64,000 nt of DNA. Origin: Patescibacteria group bacterium (lineage in GTDB: Bacteria; Patescibacteriota; Microgenomatia; UBA8517). The DNA is taken from assembly GCA_025999275.1 (NCBI GenBank), contig AP024680.1:180728-244727 (forward strand), given 5' to 3'. A program made the translations under genes and the position numbers. Each line of letters begins with the position of its first letter. Position 1 is the stretch's first letter. Below the pieces are notes generated by a model. That model ran no database searches, had not been told where the DNA came from, and saw only the letters and a list, made by a program, of their open reading frames with translations. Positions 40,248 through 50,528 of the stretch are shown here, piece after piece.

Positions 40248-41447
40248 ATGGCAGGAGAAACAAAACAAAAATTTGAGAGAACAAAACCGCATGTAAATGT
40301 TGGAACTATTGGCCATGTTGATCATGGTAAGACCACTTTAACTGCGGCTATTACTACTGTTTTATCCAAGCAACCTGGAAATAATACAAGAGCTTATAGG
40401 TTTGATGAAATTGACAACGCTCCAGAAGAGAAACAGAGAGGTGTTACCATTAACATATCTCATCTTGAGTATGAAACAGAAAAACGTCATTATGCTCATA
40501 TTGATGCTCCTGGTCACGCTGACTATATCAAGAACATGATCACTGGTGCAGCTCAAATGGATGGTGCTATTTTGGTTATTTCAGCTGCTGATGGTCCGAT
40601 GCCTCAAACTAGAGAGCATGTTATTTTAGCTCGTCAGGTAAACGTTCCTGCAATTGTAGTTTTCTTGAACAAGATTGATACTGTTGATGATCCAGAAATT
40701 GTTGATTTGGTTGAAGCTGATGTTCGTGAGCTTCTTAAGAAATATGAGTATCCTGGTGATGAAGTGCCTGTAATTAGGGGTTCAGCTCTTAAGGCTTTAG
40801 AAGGAGATCCTGAAGCAGAAAAACAAATTTTGGAGTTAATGAAAGCTGTAGATGAGTATATTCCTGAGCCAAAAAGAGATGTTGATAAGCCTTTCTTGAT
40901 GCCAATTGAAGATGTTTTCTCTATTAAAGGAAGAGGTACGGTTGTTACAGGTAGAGTTGAAAGAGGTAAACTAACTGTAAATGAGGAAGTCGAAATGGTT
41001 GGTCTTAGACCAACACAGAAAACTGTAGTTACTGGTCTTGAGATGTTTAGAAAGACTCTTGATTATGCTGAAGCCGGAGACAATGTTGGAGTTTTATTGC
41101 GCGGTATTGAAAAAGATCAAGTCGAGAGAGGTCAAGTTCTGGCCAAGCCTGGAACAATTACTCCTCATACCGAGTTTGAGGCAGAAGTTTATATCTTGAG
41201 TAAGGATGAAGGAGGAAGGCACACTCCATTCTTCTCAGGTTATAAGCCCCAATTCTTTATTAAAACTGCTGATATTACAGGAGAAGTAACTTTGCCTGAA
41301 GGTATAGAAATGGTTATGCCTGGTGATAATGCTAAGATGAAGGTTAAATTGATTCAACCTGTTGCTATGGAAGAAGGTTTCAGATTCGCCATTCGTGAAG
41401 GTGGAAGCACAGTTGGTGCAGGTGTTATTACAAAAATAATTGCTTAA
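40248..41447 (+). CDS. tuf: Elongation factor Tu
   Basis: [28 protein letters not shown]. Confidence 0.99.
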   Translation: MAGETKQKFERTKPHVNVGTIGHVDHGKTTLTAAITTVLSKQPGNNTRAYRFDEIDNAPEEKQRGVTINISHLEYETEKRHYAHIDAPGHADYIKNMITGAAQMDGAILVISAADGPMPQTREHVILARQVNVPAIVVFLNKIDTVDDPEIVDLVEADVRELLKKYEYPGDEVPVIRGSALKALEGDPEAEKQILELMKAVDEYIPEPKRDVDKPFLMPIEDVFSIKGRGTVVTGRVERGKLTVNEEVEMVGLRPTQKTVVTGLEMFRKTLDYAEAGDNVGVLLRGIEKDQVERGQVLAKPGTITPHTEFEAEVYILSKDEGGRHTPFFSGYKPQFFIKTADITGEVTLPEGIEMVMPGDNAKMKVKLIQPVAMEEGFRFAIREGGSTVGAGVITKIIA

Positions 41448-41473
41448 AAATAGCTCTTTAAGGCCAATATTTT

Positions 41474-41782
41474 ATGCCAGCAGGAAGATTGAGGGTTAAG
41501 CTCAAAAGTTATGACTATCGAGTCATAGACGAAGCGGCAGCTAAAATTTTAGATGTCGCTATTGCTACTGGTGCTAAAATAGTTGGCCCAATTCCCCTTC
41601 CCACTAAAAGAAGTGTTGTTTCTGTATTAAGGTCTCCTTTTACTGACAAAGATTCGCAAGAGCATTTTGAGGTTCTAGTTCATAAAAGATTAATTGAGAT
41701 TCATGATCCTTCTGAGAGAACAATTGACTCTCTTTCTAACCTCGAGCTTCCGGCAGGAGTCTCAATTGAAATTAAGATGTAA
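41474..41782 (+). CDS. rpsJ: 30S ribosomal protein S10
   Basis: GPIPLPT, HKRLI, LPAGV. Confidence 0.98.
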   Translation: MPAGRLRVKLKSYDYRVIDEAAAKILDVAIATGAKIVGPIPLPTKRSVVSVLRSPFTDKDSQEHFEVLVHKRLIEIHDPSERTIDSLSNLELPAGVSIEIKM

Positions 41783-41831
41783 GTTAACAATTAACAGTTA
41801 ACTATTAACTATTAACTATTAACTATTAACC
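41783..41831. repeat. Tandem heptamer array (RTTAACH x7)
   Basis: GTTAACA ATTAACA GTTAACT ATTAACT ATTAACT ATTAACT ATTAACC directly after the rpsJ stop. Confidence 0.9.
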
Positions 41832-41959
41832 AAGAAGTAGAAAGTAGTAAGGAAATTAATAGTTGGTGGGTAATTCTTAATAACTAACAAGATTGCTACC
41901 TACTTCTTTCTACTATATCTAACTTCTACTCTTCTACTCTCTCCCCCTTTTATTTGTTC

Positions 41960-42071
41960 TTGCCACTTTCTTTTGTTTTTGTTATAATCTTACTATCGTG
42001 GATAAGGTTCGTCATTAGCCACGGTTTTGTTGTTTGCCTTTGGCAATAGGCGCCTGAGGCGCCTTTTTTTT
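41960..42071 (+). promoter_or_regulatory. Internal rplC promoter plus a three-hairpin leader ending in an intrinsic terminator
   Basis: TTGCCA-17-TATAAT with TGn; ATCGTGG/CCACGGT, TTGCC/GGCAA, then AGGCGCC-TGA-GGCGCCT and a T-tract. Confidence 0.75.
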
Positions 42072-42090
42072 GTGCTTATATAGATTATAT

Positions 42091-42834
42091 ATGTTAAAAA
42101 CAATTTTATCGACAAAATCAGAAATGAGTCAGATGTTTATTAAAGGTGTAAGAGTTCCTGTAACATGGATTAAAGCTGACAAATGCACTGTCAGTCAAAT
42201 TAAAAAAGGGGAAAAAGATGGCTATTTTGCAATTCAGCTTGCGTTTGGAGAGAAAAAGAAAAAAAATCTCAGCAAATCTGTTTTGGGTCATCTAAAATCT
42301 TTAATTAAGTCTGATAAAGCCCCAAAATTTATTAAGGAGATAAGATTAGATAAAGAGCCTGATTTAAAGGTGGGGGACAAGATTGATCCTTTTGAAATTT
42401 TTAAGGTTGGTGATCTTGTTTCTGTGACTGGAATTAGCAAAGGGAAAGGATTTGCTGGTGTGGTTAAAAGATGGAAGTTTGCTGGTGGTCCCAAAACACA
42501 TGGGCAGTCTGATAGGCATCGTGCTCCTGGTTCAATTGGTCAAAGGACGACACCTGGAAGAGTTTATAAGGGAAAGAGAATGGCTGGTAGGATGGGATCA
42601 CAAACTGTGACAGTTAAAAATCTGATAGTTGTTTCAATTGATAAAGAGAATGGTTTAATAGGCCTTTCTGGACCGGTTCCGGGAATAAAAGGTGGGCTTT
42701 TGACTGTTAAGAAGCTTGCCTCGGGCAAACTTTCTGAACTTACAACTGAGGGTCCTAGCGCACAGGTTGTGCAGACAGAAGAAGTTTCTCAAGAGGAAAA
42801 AGGGGAAGTTAAGAAAGAAGAAATTTCAAGTTAG
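42091..42834 (+). CDS. rplC: 50S ribosomal protein L3
   Basis: SKGKGFAGVVKRW, HRAPGSIG, KRMAGRMG. Confidence 0.98.
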   Translation: MLKTILSTKSEMSQMFIKGVRVPVTWIKADKCTVSQIKKGEKDGYFAIQLAFGEKKKKNLSKSVLGHLKSLIKSDKAPKFIKEIRLDKEPDLKVGDKIDPFEIFKVGDLVSVTGISKGKGFAGVVKRWKFAGGPKTHGQSDRHRAPGSIGQRTTPGRVYKGKRMAGRMGSQTVTVKNLIVVSIDKENGLIGLSGPVPGIKGGLLTVKKLASGKLSELTTEGPSAQVVQTEEVSQEEKGEVKKEEISS

Positions 42835-42836
42835 AT

Positions 42837-43487
42837 ATGAAAGTTAATTTGTTTTCATTAAAAGGCGAAGAAAAAGGTAAGGTAGAATTGTCTGATAAGT
42901 TATTTGAGAAAAGTCCGGAGGTTGTTTTATCACAGGCTCTTAGGTTTTATGAGTCTAATTTGCATAAAATCAGGCCTGTTAAAAAGACTCGTTCTGGTGT
43001 AAATATCTCGACCCGTAAGATTTATAGACAAAAAGGAACAGGGGGAGCAAGGCATGGTGCTAAATCTGCCCCAATTTTTGTTGGTGGGGGTCTGGCTCAT
43101 GGTCCTTCAGGTCTAAAGAGGCTTTTGAGACTACCCAAAATCTTTAAGAAAAAAGCCTTGTCTTTGGCTCTTTTATCAAAGCTAAAAGAAAATATGATTT
43201 TTGTTATAGAAGACTTATCTTTGTTGAAAAAAGCTAAAGATGGCTCTAAATTACTTAAAGTTTTGTCCAGTAAGGCTAATTTGCCTTTGGGAAAGATATT
43301 AATTGTCTTACCCAAAGAAACCAAGGTTTTAGGTTTGTCTAATCTTGAGGGAGTTAAAATAATTTCTTGGAAAAATCTTAATGCCTATGATGTTTATAAT
43401 TCTAAGGCATTAATCTTAGATTACAGTATTTTTGAAGAAAATAAAAATAAAAAGACTGTTTCAAAAGTAGTTAAAGAGAAAAAATGA
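42837..43487 (+). CDS. rplD: 50S ribosomal protein L4
   Basis: RQKGTGGARHG, GGGLAHGP. Confidence 0.97.
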   Translation: MKVNLFSLKGEEKGKVELSDKLFEKSPEVVLSQALRFYESNLHKIRPVKKTRSGVNISTRKIYRQKGTGGARHGAKSAPIFVGGGLAHGPSGLKRLLRLPKIFKKKALSLALLSKLKENMIFVIEDLSLLKKAKDGSKLLKVLSSKANLPLGKILIVLPKETKVLGLSNLEGVKIISWKNLNAYDVYNSKALILDYSIFEENKNKKTVSKVVKEKK

Positions 43488-43762
43488 TTAAACTAAGGCC
43501 GGTTATAACAGAAAAGAGTTTAGTGGAAGCAAAAAGGGGTAATTACACCTTTAAAGTTGATGTGAAGATGAATAAAAGCGAGATTAAAAAGCTGGTTGAA
43601 AAAATCTTTAAAGTTAAGGTCTCAAAAATAAGGACTATAAATCATAAACCTGAAGTTAAGAAGAATTATTTGGGGAGAATAGTTAGAAAATCAGCTTTTA
43701 AGAAGGCTGTTGTTACTCTTTCAGGCAAAGATAAGATTGATCTTTTTGAAGAGAAAAAATGA
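43484..43762 (+). CDS. rplW: 50S ribosomal protein L23
   Basis: PVITEKS, KKAVVTL; operon position. Confidence 0.96.
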   Translation: MIKLRPVITEKSLVEAKRGNYTFKVDVKMNKSEIKKLVEKIFKVKVSKIRTINHKPEVKKNYLGRIVRKSAFKKAVVTLSGKDKIDLFEEKK

Positions 43763-44511
43763 AAAAAATAAAGAAAATATTACCTAAAAAATCAGGAAGA
43801 AATTTCTCTGGCAAGATTACCGTCAGACACCAAGGAGGAAGAGTAAAAAGATTTTTAAGGGTGATAGATTTTAAACGAAGTAAGAGGGATGTAAAAGCAA
43901 GGGTAGAATCAATTGAATACGATCCAAACAGGAACGCGTTGGTGGCACTTTTGGTCTATCAAGATGGAGATAGGGGTTATATAATAGCGCCATCGGGATT
44001 AAAAGAGGGTGATATTGTTGTTGCCTCCGAGAATGCGCCTATTGAGCCAGGTAACGCTTTGCCTTTAGGCAAAATTCCAGTTGGGACAAAAGTTCATAAT
44101 ATAGAAATTAAGCCTGGCAAGGGTGGGCAGATGGTAAGGGGAGCTGGCCTTGCAGCGGTTGTTTTTGGGAGGGAGGAGAAGAATACTTTGGTTAAGCTGC
44201 CTTCGGGAGAGGTAAGAAGGTTTGATTCTGCCTGTTATGCTACTGTTGGGCAGGTTGGAAATGAGGACTTTAGAATGAGGAATTTGGGTAAAGCAGGAAG
44301 AAAAATAAGAATGGGCATAAGGCCAACTGTTAGAGGTGTGGCTCAGCATCCAGATTCTCACCCTCATGGAGGAGGAGAAGGGAGAAGCGGTGTTGGTATG
44401 AAATATCCTAAGACGCCTTATGGTAAGCCTGCAGTTGGCAAAACTAGGAAGAAGAGAAAATATTCTGATAAATTTATAGTTAAGCCAAGAAAGAGAGGTA
44501 AACACTCTTAA
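43759..44511 (+). CDS. rplB: 50S ribosomal protein L2 (short N-terminus)
   Basis: [20 protein letters not shown]. Confidence 0.98.
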   Translation: MKKIKKILPKKSGRNFSGKITVRHQGGRVKRFLRVIDFKRSKRDVKARVESIEYDPNRNALVALLVYQDGDRGYIIAPSGLKEGDIVVASENAPIEPGNALPLGKIPVGTKVHNIEIKPGKGGQMVRGAGLAAVVFGREEKNTLVKLPSGEVRRFDSACYATVGQVGNEDFRMRNLGKAGRKIRMGIRPTVRGVAQHPDSHPHGGGEGRSGVGMKYPKTPYGKPAVGKTRKKRKYSDKFIVKPRKRGKHS

Positions 44512-44516
44512 TCAAT

Positions 44517-44798
44517 ATGTCAAGAAGTTCTAAAAAAGGTCCTTTTGTAGATAAGAACCTTCTCAAGAAGGTTGACTCTGGCATGGGAGACAAGAACAAT
44601 CCCATTAAAACTTGGGCGAGATCAAGCCAAATACCTCCTGAGTTTGTGGGCAAATATTTTAAGGTTCATAATGGCAGAATCTTTGTTGATGTTTTTGTAA
44701 CCGAGGATATGGTTGGGCATAGACTAGGAGAGTTTGCGCCTACCAGGACCTTCCGTGGTCATGGGCAGGTTGTTAAGAGGGTAATTGAAAAGACATAA
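44517..44798 (+). CDS. rpsS: 30S ribosomal protein S19
   Basis: [23 protein letters not shown]. Confidence 0.98.
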   Translation: MSRSSKKGPFVDKNLLKKVDSGMGDKNNPIKTWARSSQIPPEFVGKYFKVHNGRIFVDVFVTEDMVGHRLGEFAPTRTFRGHGQVVKRVIEKT

Positions 44799-44802
44799 AG
44801 TT

Positions 44803-45294
44803 ATGGAGTTTATAGCTGAACAAAAATATATAAGATTGTCACCTAAGAAAATTAGGCCAATTTTGGCTGAAGTTAAAAAACTTTCAGTTGAACAGGCTTT
44901 GCAAGTTTTACCTTTTGTTGCCAAAAGAGGTGCTTACTTTGTAGAAAAGGTGATAAAATCTGCTGTTGCCAATGCTCGACAAAAAGGAGTGGAGATAAGT
45001 AATTTGAAGATTAAGGAAATTGTGGCAAATGAAGGGCCGGTTTTGAAAAGAGGTCGTCCGGTTTCAAGAGGTCAGTGGCATCCTATTAAAAAGAGAATGA
45101 GTCATATTAGGGTTATTTTGTCATCGGCGGAAGAAGAAAAGACAGCAAAGGAAACAAAACCCAAGTTGCAAGATAAAGAGAAAGAGCCAGCAAGAGAAAA
45201 GAAAACTGTAGTTAAAAAAGAGTCTAATAAAGTGGCTAGCAAGAAAAGCTTGAGTAAGAAAGTTATAAGAAAGAGAAAGGAGGATAAGGCTTAA
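44803..45294 (+). CDS. rplV: 50S ribosomal protein L22 with a Lys-rich tail
   Basis: RLSPKK, SAVANA, KRMSHI. Confidence 0.96.
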   Translation: MEFIAEQKYIRLSPKKIRPILAEVKKLSVEQALQVLPFVAKRGAYFVEKVIKSAVANARQKGVEISNLKIKEIVANEGPVLKRGRPVSRGQWHPIKKRMSHIRVILSSAEEEKTAKETKPKLQDKEKEPAREKKTVVKKESNKVASKKSLSKKVIRKRKEDKA

Positions 45295-45296
45295 AA

Positions 45297-45947
45297 ATGG
45301 GACAAAAAGTAAATCCAATTAGTTTTAGGTTGGGCAATTTCTTGCCCTGGAAGTCTCGTTGGTTTTCTGAAGGGAAGGAATATAAGAAGTTTTTGCTTGA
45401 GGATATAAAAATTCGTCGTTTTCTTTTTGACAAGCTAAGAATGGCCGGAATTGTTGATGTTGAGATTGAAAGATTACCTAAAACAATGACAATTATTATA
45501 ACTGTTTCAAGGCCGGGTGTCGTTATTGGAAGGGGGGGTAGTGGTCTTGAAGAACTAAAAAAACAGGTTATTGATCTGATTTCAAAAAATGGTAAAAGTG
45601 TTAAGGACCTAAAGATTGACTTTAAGATAAATGAGACCAAAGATCCGGAGCTTTCTGCTTATTTAGTGGCAACTAGAATAGCTTCGGATTTGGAAAGAAG
45701 AATGCCACATCGTCGGGTTGTGACCAAGGCTATGGAGCGGGTTATGCAGGCTGGGGCACTTGGGGTAAAAGTAATTCTATCAGGAAGAATAGAAGGAGCT
45801 GATATCTCAAGAGTGGAAAAATTCCATCTGGGTTCTGTCCCAACACAAACTTTAAGAGAAAATATTGATTATGCTCAAGTTCCAGCTCTACCTAAGAAAG
45901 GTTATGTGGGAGTAAAGGTTTATATTCATAAAAAGAAAGAAAAATAA
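45297..45947 (+). CDS. rpsC: 30S ribosomal protein S3
   Basis: MGQKVNP, RPGVVIGRGG, PTQTLRENIDY. Confidence 0.98.
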   Translation: MGQKVNPISFRLGNFLPWKSRWFSEGKEYKKFLLEDIKIRRFLFDKLRMAGIVDVEIERLPKTMTIIITVSRPGVVIGRGGSGLEELKKQVIDLISKNGKSVKDLKIDFKINETKDPELSAYLVATRIASDLERRMPHRRVVTKAMERVMQAGALGVKVILSGRIEGADISRVEKFHLGSVPTQTLRENIDYAQVPALPKKGYVGVKVYIHKKKEK

Positions 45948-45949
45948 AT

Positions 45950-46360
45950 ATGTTACAACCCAAAAGACGAAAATATAGAAAAGATTTTAGAGGCAGAAGA
46001 AAGGGTATTTCAACCCAAGCTTCTGAGATTGCATTTGGAGAATTTGCTTTGAAATCTTTGGGGAGAGGATGGCTAACAAGTAATCAGATTGAGGCAGGTA
46101 GAAGAGTAATTACGCATAGTATTAAAAGAGGTGGTAAAGTTTGGATTAGAGTATTTCCTGATAAACCTGTAACTGCAAGAGCTGCAGGACAGAGAATGGG
46201 TGGAGGAAAGGGTGATATAAGTCATTATGTGGCGGTAGTTAAACCGGGAAGAATTATTTATGAAGTTACAGGAATTCCTGAAGATGTGGTAAAAAGAGCT
46301 TTTGAAAAAGTTGCGGCCAAGATGCCTTTTAAAACAAAAATGATTAGAAAGGAAGAATAA
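45950..46360 (+). CDS. rplP: 50S ribosomal protein L16
   Basis: MLQPKR, WIRVFPDKP, RMGGGKG. Confidence 0.98.
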   Translation: MLQPKRRKYRKDFRGRRKGISTQASEIAFGEFALKSLGRGWLTSNQIEAGRRVITHSIKRGGKVWIRVFPDKPVTARAAGQRMGGGKGDISHYVAVVKPGRIIYEVTGIPEDVVKRAFEKVAAKMPFKTKMIRKEE

Positions 46361-46362
46361 TT

Positions 46363-46587
46363 ATGAAAAAGAAAGATTTACAGCTTTTGAGAAAAAAACA
46401 GTTACCAGAAATAATTGCTCTAGTTCAAAAAAAGAAAGAGGAATTAATTTTTTCTTACGCAAAAATCAAAGCTGGTAAACTAAAAAATACAAGTGTTTTA
46501 AAAAATTTAAGGCGTGATATAGCACAAATCTTGACTTTGATAAAAGAAAAAGAGATATTTGAGAAGTCGTCTAAAAAAAAGGAATAA
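46363..46587 (+). CDS. rpmC: 50S ribosomal protein L29
   Basis: LRRDIAQILT; operon position. Confidence 0.93.
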   Translation: MKKKDLQLLRKKQLPEIIALVQKKKEELIFSYAKIKAGKLKNTSVLKNLRRDIAQILTLIKEKEIFEKSSKKKE

Positions 46588-46590
46588 AAT

Positions 46591-46905
46591 ATGAAAGTAT
46601 TTAGAGGAAAAGTTATTAGTAAAAAGATGGCCAAGACGGCAACTGTCTTAGTAGAAAGAGTTGTAACCCATCCTATTTATGGTAAAAAAATGAGAAGGGG
46701 TAAAAAGTATCAGGTTCACGACGAGTTAGGTGTTGAAGTTGGAAAGACGGTTTTATTTGTACCTTCTCGGCCATTTAGCCATCTAAAGAGATGGAAAATT
46801 GTTAAAGTCTTAGATAATAAAGATGAAAAGTCAAGACCTGAAAAGGTTGCTAGCAAGAAAAGAGATAAAGATAAAAGTGTTAGTAAGGAGGCTAAGAAGA
46901 AATGA
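46591..46905 (+). CDS. rpsQ: 30S ribosomal protein S17
   Basis: KMAKTATV, HPIYGK, RPFSHLKRW. Confidence 0.96.
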   Translation: MKVFRGKVISKKMAKTATVLVERVVTHPIYGKKMRRGKKYQVHDELGVEVGKTVLFVPSRPFSHLKRWKIVKVLDNKDEKSRPEKVASKKRDKDKSVSKEAKKK

Positions 46906-47267
46906 TTCAATTAAGAAGTATTTTAAAACCAGCAGATAATTCGGGTGCCAAAAGACTGATGGTTATTGGCATGTCCTCCAAGATTGGAAGAAAAGCCACA
47001 ATTGGAGATGTCGTTAACTGTGTGGTTAAAGGAGCAGATCCTGCAGGTATAGTTTCAGATAAAGAAAAAGTAAGAGTTTTAATAGTTAGAACTAAGAAAG
47101 AAATAAGAAGAAGAGATGGAACATACATAAGATTTGATGATAACGCAGGTGTAATAATAGATAAACAAGGTTTGCCAAGAGGTACTAGAATATTAGGTCC
47201 GATAGCTAAGGAAATAAAAGATTTGGGTTATACAAAGATTGCCTCTTTGGCACGTGAGGTTGTTTAA
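46902..47267 (+). CDS. rplN: 50S ribosomal protein L14
   Basis: ADNSGAK, IRFDDNA, GTRILGP. Confidence 0.98.
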   Translation: MIQLRSILKPADNSGAKRLMVIGMSSKIGRKATIGDVVNCVVKGADPAGIVSDKEKVRVLIVRTKKEIRRRDGTYIRFDDNAGVIIDKQGLPRGTRILGPIAKEIKDLGYTKIASLAREVV

Positions 47268-47272
47268 AAGCT

Positions 47273-47584
47273 ATGACTTTGAAATTTAGATTAAAAGATA
47301 AAGTTAGGATAATATCCGGTAAAGATAAGGGCCGGGAGGGTGAGATTGAGAAAATATTTCCTAAAGAAGGAAAAGCTATTGTAACAGGGGTAAATCTTTA
47401 TAAAAGGCATTTTAAGGGTGGTGGGGAGCAAAAAGCAGGTATTTATGAGGTTCCAAGGCCACTACCCTTTTCTAAACTAGCTTTGATTTGTCCAAAATGT
47501 AATAAAGCAACAAGAGTTGGTTTTAAGTTGGTAGCAAATGAAAAATACAGGTTTTGTAAAAAATGTAAAAGTAAAATTGATTAA
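47273..47584 (+). CDS. rplX: 50S ribosomal protein L24
   Basis: KOW motif ISGKDKG; CPKC...CKKC. Confidence 0.97.
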   Translation: MTLKFRLKDKVRIISGKDKGREGEIEKIFPKEGKAIVTGVNLYKRHFKGGGEQKAGIYEVPRPLPFSKLALICPKCNKATRVGFKLVANEKYRFCKKCKSKID

Positions 47585-47586
47585 AT

Positions 47587-48132
47587 ATGCTAAACATTGA
47601 AGAGAAATACAAAAACGAAGTTGTTAAAAAGTTAATGGAGGAATTTGAAATTAAAAATCCTTTGGCCGTGCCTTCAATTGAGAAAGTTGTAGTTAATGTG
47701 GGAGCAGGTGAAGCTATTAAAAACAAGGATATAATAGATTCTTGGTCGAGAGATTTAGCAACTATAACTGGGCAAAAGCCTTCGGTAAGGAAGGCTAGAA
47801 TCTCAGTTTCAGCTTTTGGAGTAAGAAAAGGTGCACCGGTTGGTCTTAAATGTACCTTAAGGGGCAAGAGGGCTTTTAGCTTTTTAGAAAGGCTTTTTGC
47901 GATAGTTTTGCCCAGGCTTAATGATTTTAGGGGGGTTCCTATTGATTCTTTTGATAGGGAGGGAAATTATACTTTAGGTTTGTCTGATTTTACTATTTTT
48001 CCAGAGATCGATGTTTCCAAAGTTACCAAACCTTTTGGACTAGAGATTACAATTGTGACGACAACCAAAAATAAGGAAATGTCCAAAAGGCTTTTAGAAC
48101 TTTTGGGAATGCCTTTTGAGAAGAAAAATTAA
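47587..48132 (+). CDS. rplE: 50S ribosomal protein L5
   Basis: [24 protein letters not shown]. Confidence 0.98.
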   Translation: MLNIEEKYKNEVVKKLMEEFEIKNPLAVPSIEKVVVNVGAGEAIKNKDIIDSWSRDLATITGQKPSVRKARISVSAFGVRKGAPVGLKCTLRGKRAFSFLERLFAIVLPRLNDFRGVPIDSFDREGNYTLGLSDFTIFPEIDVSKVTKPFGLEITIVTTTKNKEMSKRLLELLGMPFEKKN

Positions 48133-48137
48133 AATAT

Positions 48138-48323
48138 ATGGCAACTACGGCAAAAGAAGTTAGAGAGAAGAAAAAACTAAAGTACAAGGTTCGTTATAGG
48201 AACCGTTGCAGTTTATGTGGAAGACAGCAAGGTTATATGAGAAAATATGGTCTTTGCAGACTTTGCTTTAGAGAGGAGGCAGTTAAAGGGAATATCCCTG
48301 GAGTTAAAAAGGCAAGCTGGTAG
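48138..48323 (+). CDS. rpsN: 30S ribosomal protein S14 (Zn-binding type Z)
   Basis: RCSLCGR...LCRLCFRE...KASW. Confidence 0.97.
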   Translation: MATTAKEVREKKKLKYKVRYRNRCSLCGRQQGYMRKYGLCRLCFREEAVKGNIPGVKKASW

Positions 48324-48327
48324 GCAT

Positions 48328-48711
48328 ATGAAACAAACTAATTACATAGTCGGAAATTTCTTGATAATTCTTAAAAATGCCGTTTTGGCTGGTAAGAAAA
48401 CTGTTAGGGTTGGAAAAACTAAGATGGTTAAATCTGTGGCAGAGGTTCTTAAGAGACTTGGATTTATTTCTGAAATTAAAGAGACAGATGGTTATCTTGA
48501 AATCTCTTTAGCTTATAAGAATAAGTCGCCCATATTGACTGATATTAAGCTGGTTTCAAAACCAGGTCTTAGGGTTTATTGGGATCTTAAGAAGATTAAA
48601 GATTTTCACTCTCGTTATATTCTAATAATTTCGACTCCCAAAGGGGTTATATCATCTAAGGAAGCCTTGAAAGAGGGCTTGGGAGGAGAGGTTATCGCTA
48701 AGGTATTGTAA
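48328..48711 (+). CDS. rpsH: 30S ribosomal protein S8
   Basis: SKPGLRVY, ISTPKG, GGEVI. Confidence 0.97.
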   Translation: MKQTNYIVGNFLIILKNAVLAGKKTVRVGKTKMVKSVAEVLKRLGFISEIKETDGYLEISLAYKNKSPILTDIKLVSKPGLRVYWDLKKIKDFHSRYILIISTPKGVISSKEALKEGLGGEVIAKVL

Positions 48712-48715
48712 AGCT

Positions 48716-49258
48716 ATGAGTAAAATTGGAAAACAACCAATAGAATTGCCTGAAGGAGTAACTGTTGAGTTAGGCAGAAAGAAAATAAAAGTCTCAGGTC
48801 CAAAGGGAACCTTGGAGAAAATTTTGCCTGATAAATTACAGGTTGTTTTGGATGATAAAAAAATAATAATTAAAAAAGTCTCGGATGGCGAGATGGCAAA
48901 TATGCTATATGGCACTTTTAGATCCTTAATCTTTAATATGGTTAAGGGAGTGGTTGAGGGTTGGAACAAACAGCTTGAATTGGTGGGAACAGGATATAGA
49001 GCCGAAATTTCAAATGGGAAGCTTGTTATGAACATCGGCTTTTCTCATCCTGTGGAGATTAATCCGCCGGAGGGTATTTCTTTTAAGGTGGAGAAAAATA
49101 TTATTTCAGTTGAGGGTGTTGATAAGGAGAAAGTGGGCCAGATTGCAGCTAAGATTAGAGCTGTTAGGCCGCCCGAGCCTTATAAGGGTAAGGGGATAAA
49201 ATATGTTGATGAGGTAATAAGGAGAAAAGCAGGTAAGGCTGCTAAGGCCCAAGCTTAA
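48716..49258 (+). CDS. rplF: 50S ribosomal protein L6
   Basis: [19 protein letters not shown]. Confidence 0.98.
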   Translation: MSKIGKQPIELPEGVTVELGRKKIKVSGPKGTLEKILPDKLQVVLDDKKIIIKKVSDGEMANMLYGTFRSLIFNMVKGVVEGWNKQLELVGTGYRAEISNGKLVMNIGFSHPVEINPPEGISFKVEKNIISVEGVDKEKVGQIAAKIRAVRPPEPYKGKGIKYVDEVIRRKAGKAAKAQA

Positions 49259-49259
49259 A

Positions 49260-49583
49260 ATGATTATGAAGAAGGATAATAAACAAATAATTAAAAATAA
49301 AGAAAAAGATAAAAGGCTGAGGTTGGTCGTGTCACGTTCCAACAGGAACATATTTGCTCAGATTGTTGATGATACTGGTAAGACTTTATTGGGCATGTCA
49401 ACTTTGAGTATAAAGGGCAAAAATACTAAGAAAGAGGCGTCTTTCAAATTGGGGGAACTTATGGCCAAAGAAGCATTGAAGAAAAAGATAAAAAAGATTG
49501 CGTTTGATAGGAATGGTTATCGTTATCACGGCCGAATTAAAGCTTTAGCTGAAGGATTAAGGAAAGGAGGTTTGGAATTTTAA
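49260..49583 (+). CDS. rplR: 50S ribosomal protein L18
   Basis: [19 protein letters not shown]. Confidence 0.97.
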   Translation: MIMKKDNKQIIKNKEKDKRLRLVVSRSNRNIFAQIVDDTGKTLLGMSTLSIKGKNTKKEASFKLGELMAKEALKKKIKKIAFDRNGYRYHGRIKALAEGLRKGGLEF

Positions 49584-49584
49584 A

Positions 49585-50073
49585 ATGGTAGACATTGATA
49601 TCAAAAAGGAACTAGTTGAAGAGGGTTTTCAAGAGATGTCTGAGACCGTGATTGAAATTAGGAGGATCTCAAAGAAAACTAAAGGTGGGAATCAAATAAG
49701 ATTTTCTGCTTTGGTTGTTGTTGGAGATAAAAAGGGTAAAGTTGGTGTTGGTTTGGCAAAAGCATCAGATGTAAGGGGCGCAATTAACAAAGCTTTTGAA
49801 GCAGCTAAAAAGAGAATGATTAAAGTTCCTTTGTCTGGTACTACTATTCCTTTTGGGGTTTCTCAGAAATATTCTGCTGCTAAGATCCTTCTTAAGCCAG
49901 CTCCACCTGGTTCAGGTATCATTGCGGGAGGAGCTATAAGGGTGGTCTTGGATGCTGCTGGAGTTAAAGATGCTGTAGGTAAAATACTTGGAACCAAAAA
50001 CAAGATTTCCAATGTTTATGCTACTATTGAAGCTCTGAGGACTTTAGCGGATCTTGTATCCAAAAGGAGTTAA
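49585..50073 (+). CDS. rpsE: 30S ribosomal protein S5
   Basis: KTKGG...FSALVVVGD, GSGIIAGG. Confidence 0.98.
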   Translation: MVDIDIKKELVEEGFQEMSETVIEIRRISKKTKGGNQIRFSALVVVGDKKGKVGVGLAKASDVRGAINKAFEAAKKRMIKVPLSGTTIPFGVSQKYSAAKILLKPAPPGSGIIAGGAIRVVLDAAGVKDAVGKILGTKNKISNVYATIEALRTLADLVSKRS

Positions 50074-50081
50074 AATGAATT

Positions 50082-50522
50082 ATGATTACAAGGATAAAAT
50101 TGGTTGAAAAAAGAAAGAAAAGAATTGGTAGAGGTTATGGAAGTGGTAAGGGTGGCCACACTGTTGGTCGTGGCCAGAAAGGGCAAAAGACAAGAGGAAA
50201 AATTGGGGTTGTATTTGAAGGTTTTAAAGTTAAAAAGTCTTTTATAAAAAGGCTTCCCTTTTTGCGCGGCAAGGGAAGATTGTCTCCTCGGATTAAACCT
50301 GTTGTAGTTAAAATAGGTTCTCTTAACAAGTTGACTGAAGGTTCTGTTGTAGATGCTAGCCTTCTTGTCAAGGAAAAATTAGTTAAAGCTTCCGATGCTA
50401 AAAAAAGAGGAATAAAGATAGTTGGAGGGGGTAAACTTGAGAAAAATTTGACTATTAAACTGCCTGTCTCAGATTCTGTCTTAAAACAGGTAGAATCTCT
50501 TGGAGGTAAAGTGGAAGTTTAA
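50082..50522 (+). CDS. rplO: 50S ribosomal protein L15
   Basis: RIGRGYGSGKG, GQKGQ, FEG. Confidence 0.97.
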   Translation: MITRIKLVEKRKKRIGRGYGSGKGGHTVGRGQKGQKTRGKIGVVFEGFKVKKSFIKRLPFLRGKGRLSPRIKPVVVKIGSLNKLTEGSVVDASLLVKEKLVKASDAKKRGIKIVGGGKLEKNLTIKLPVSDSVLKQVESLGGKVEV

Positions 50523-50528
50523 AAAAAG

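Noticed and set aside
41783-41945. CRISPR array or small CDS in the rpsJ-rplC gap
   Set aside because: The 7-bp units have no spacers, and there is no credible ORF.
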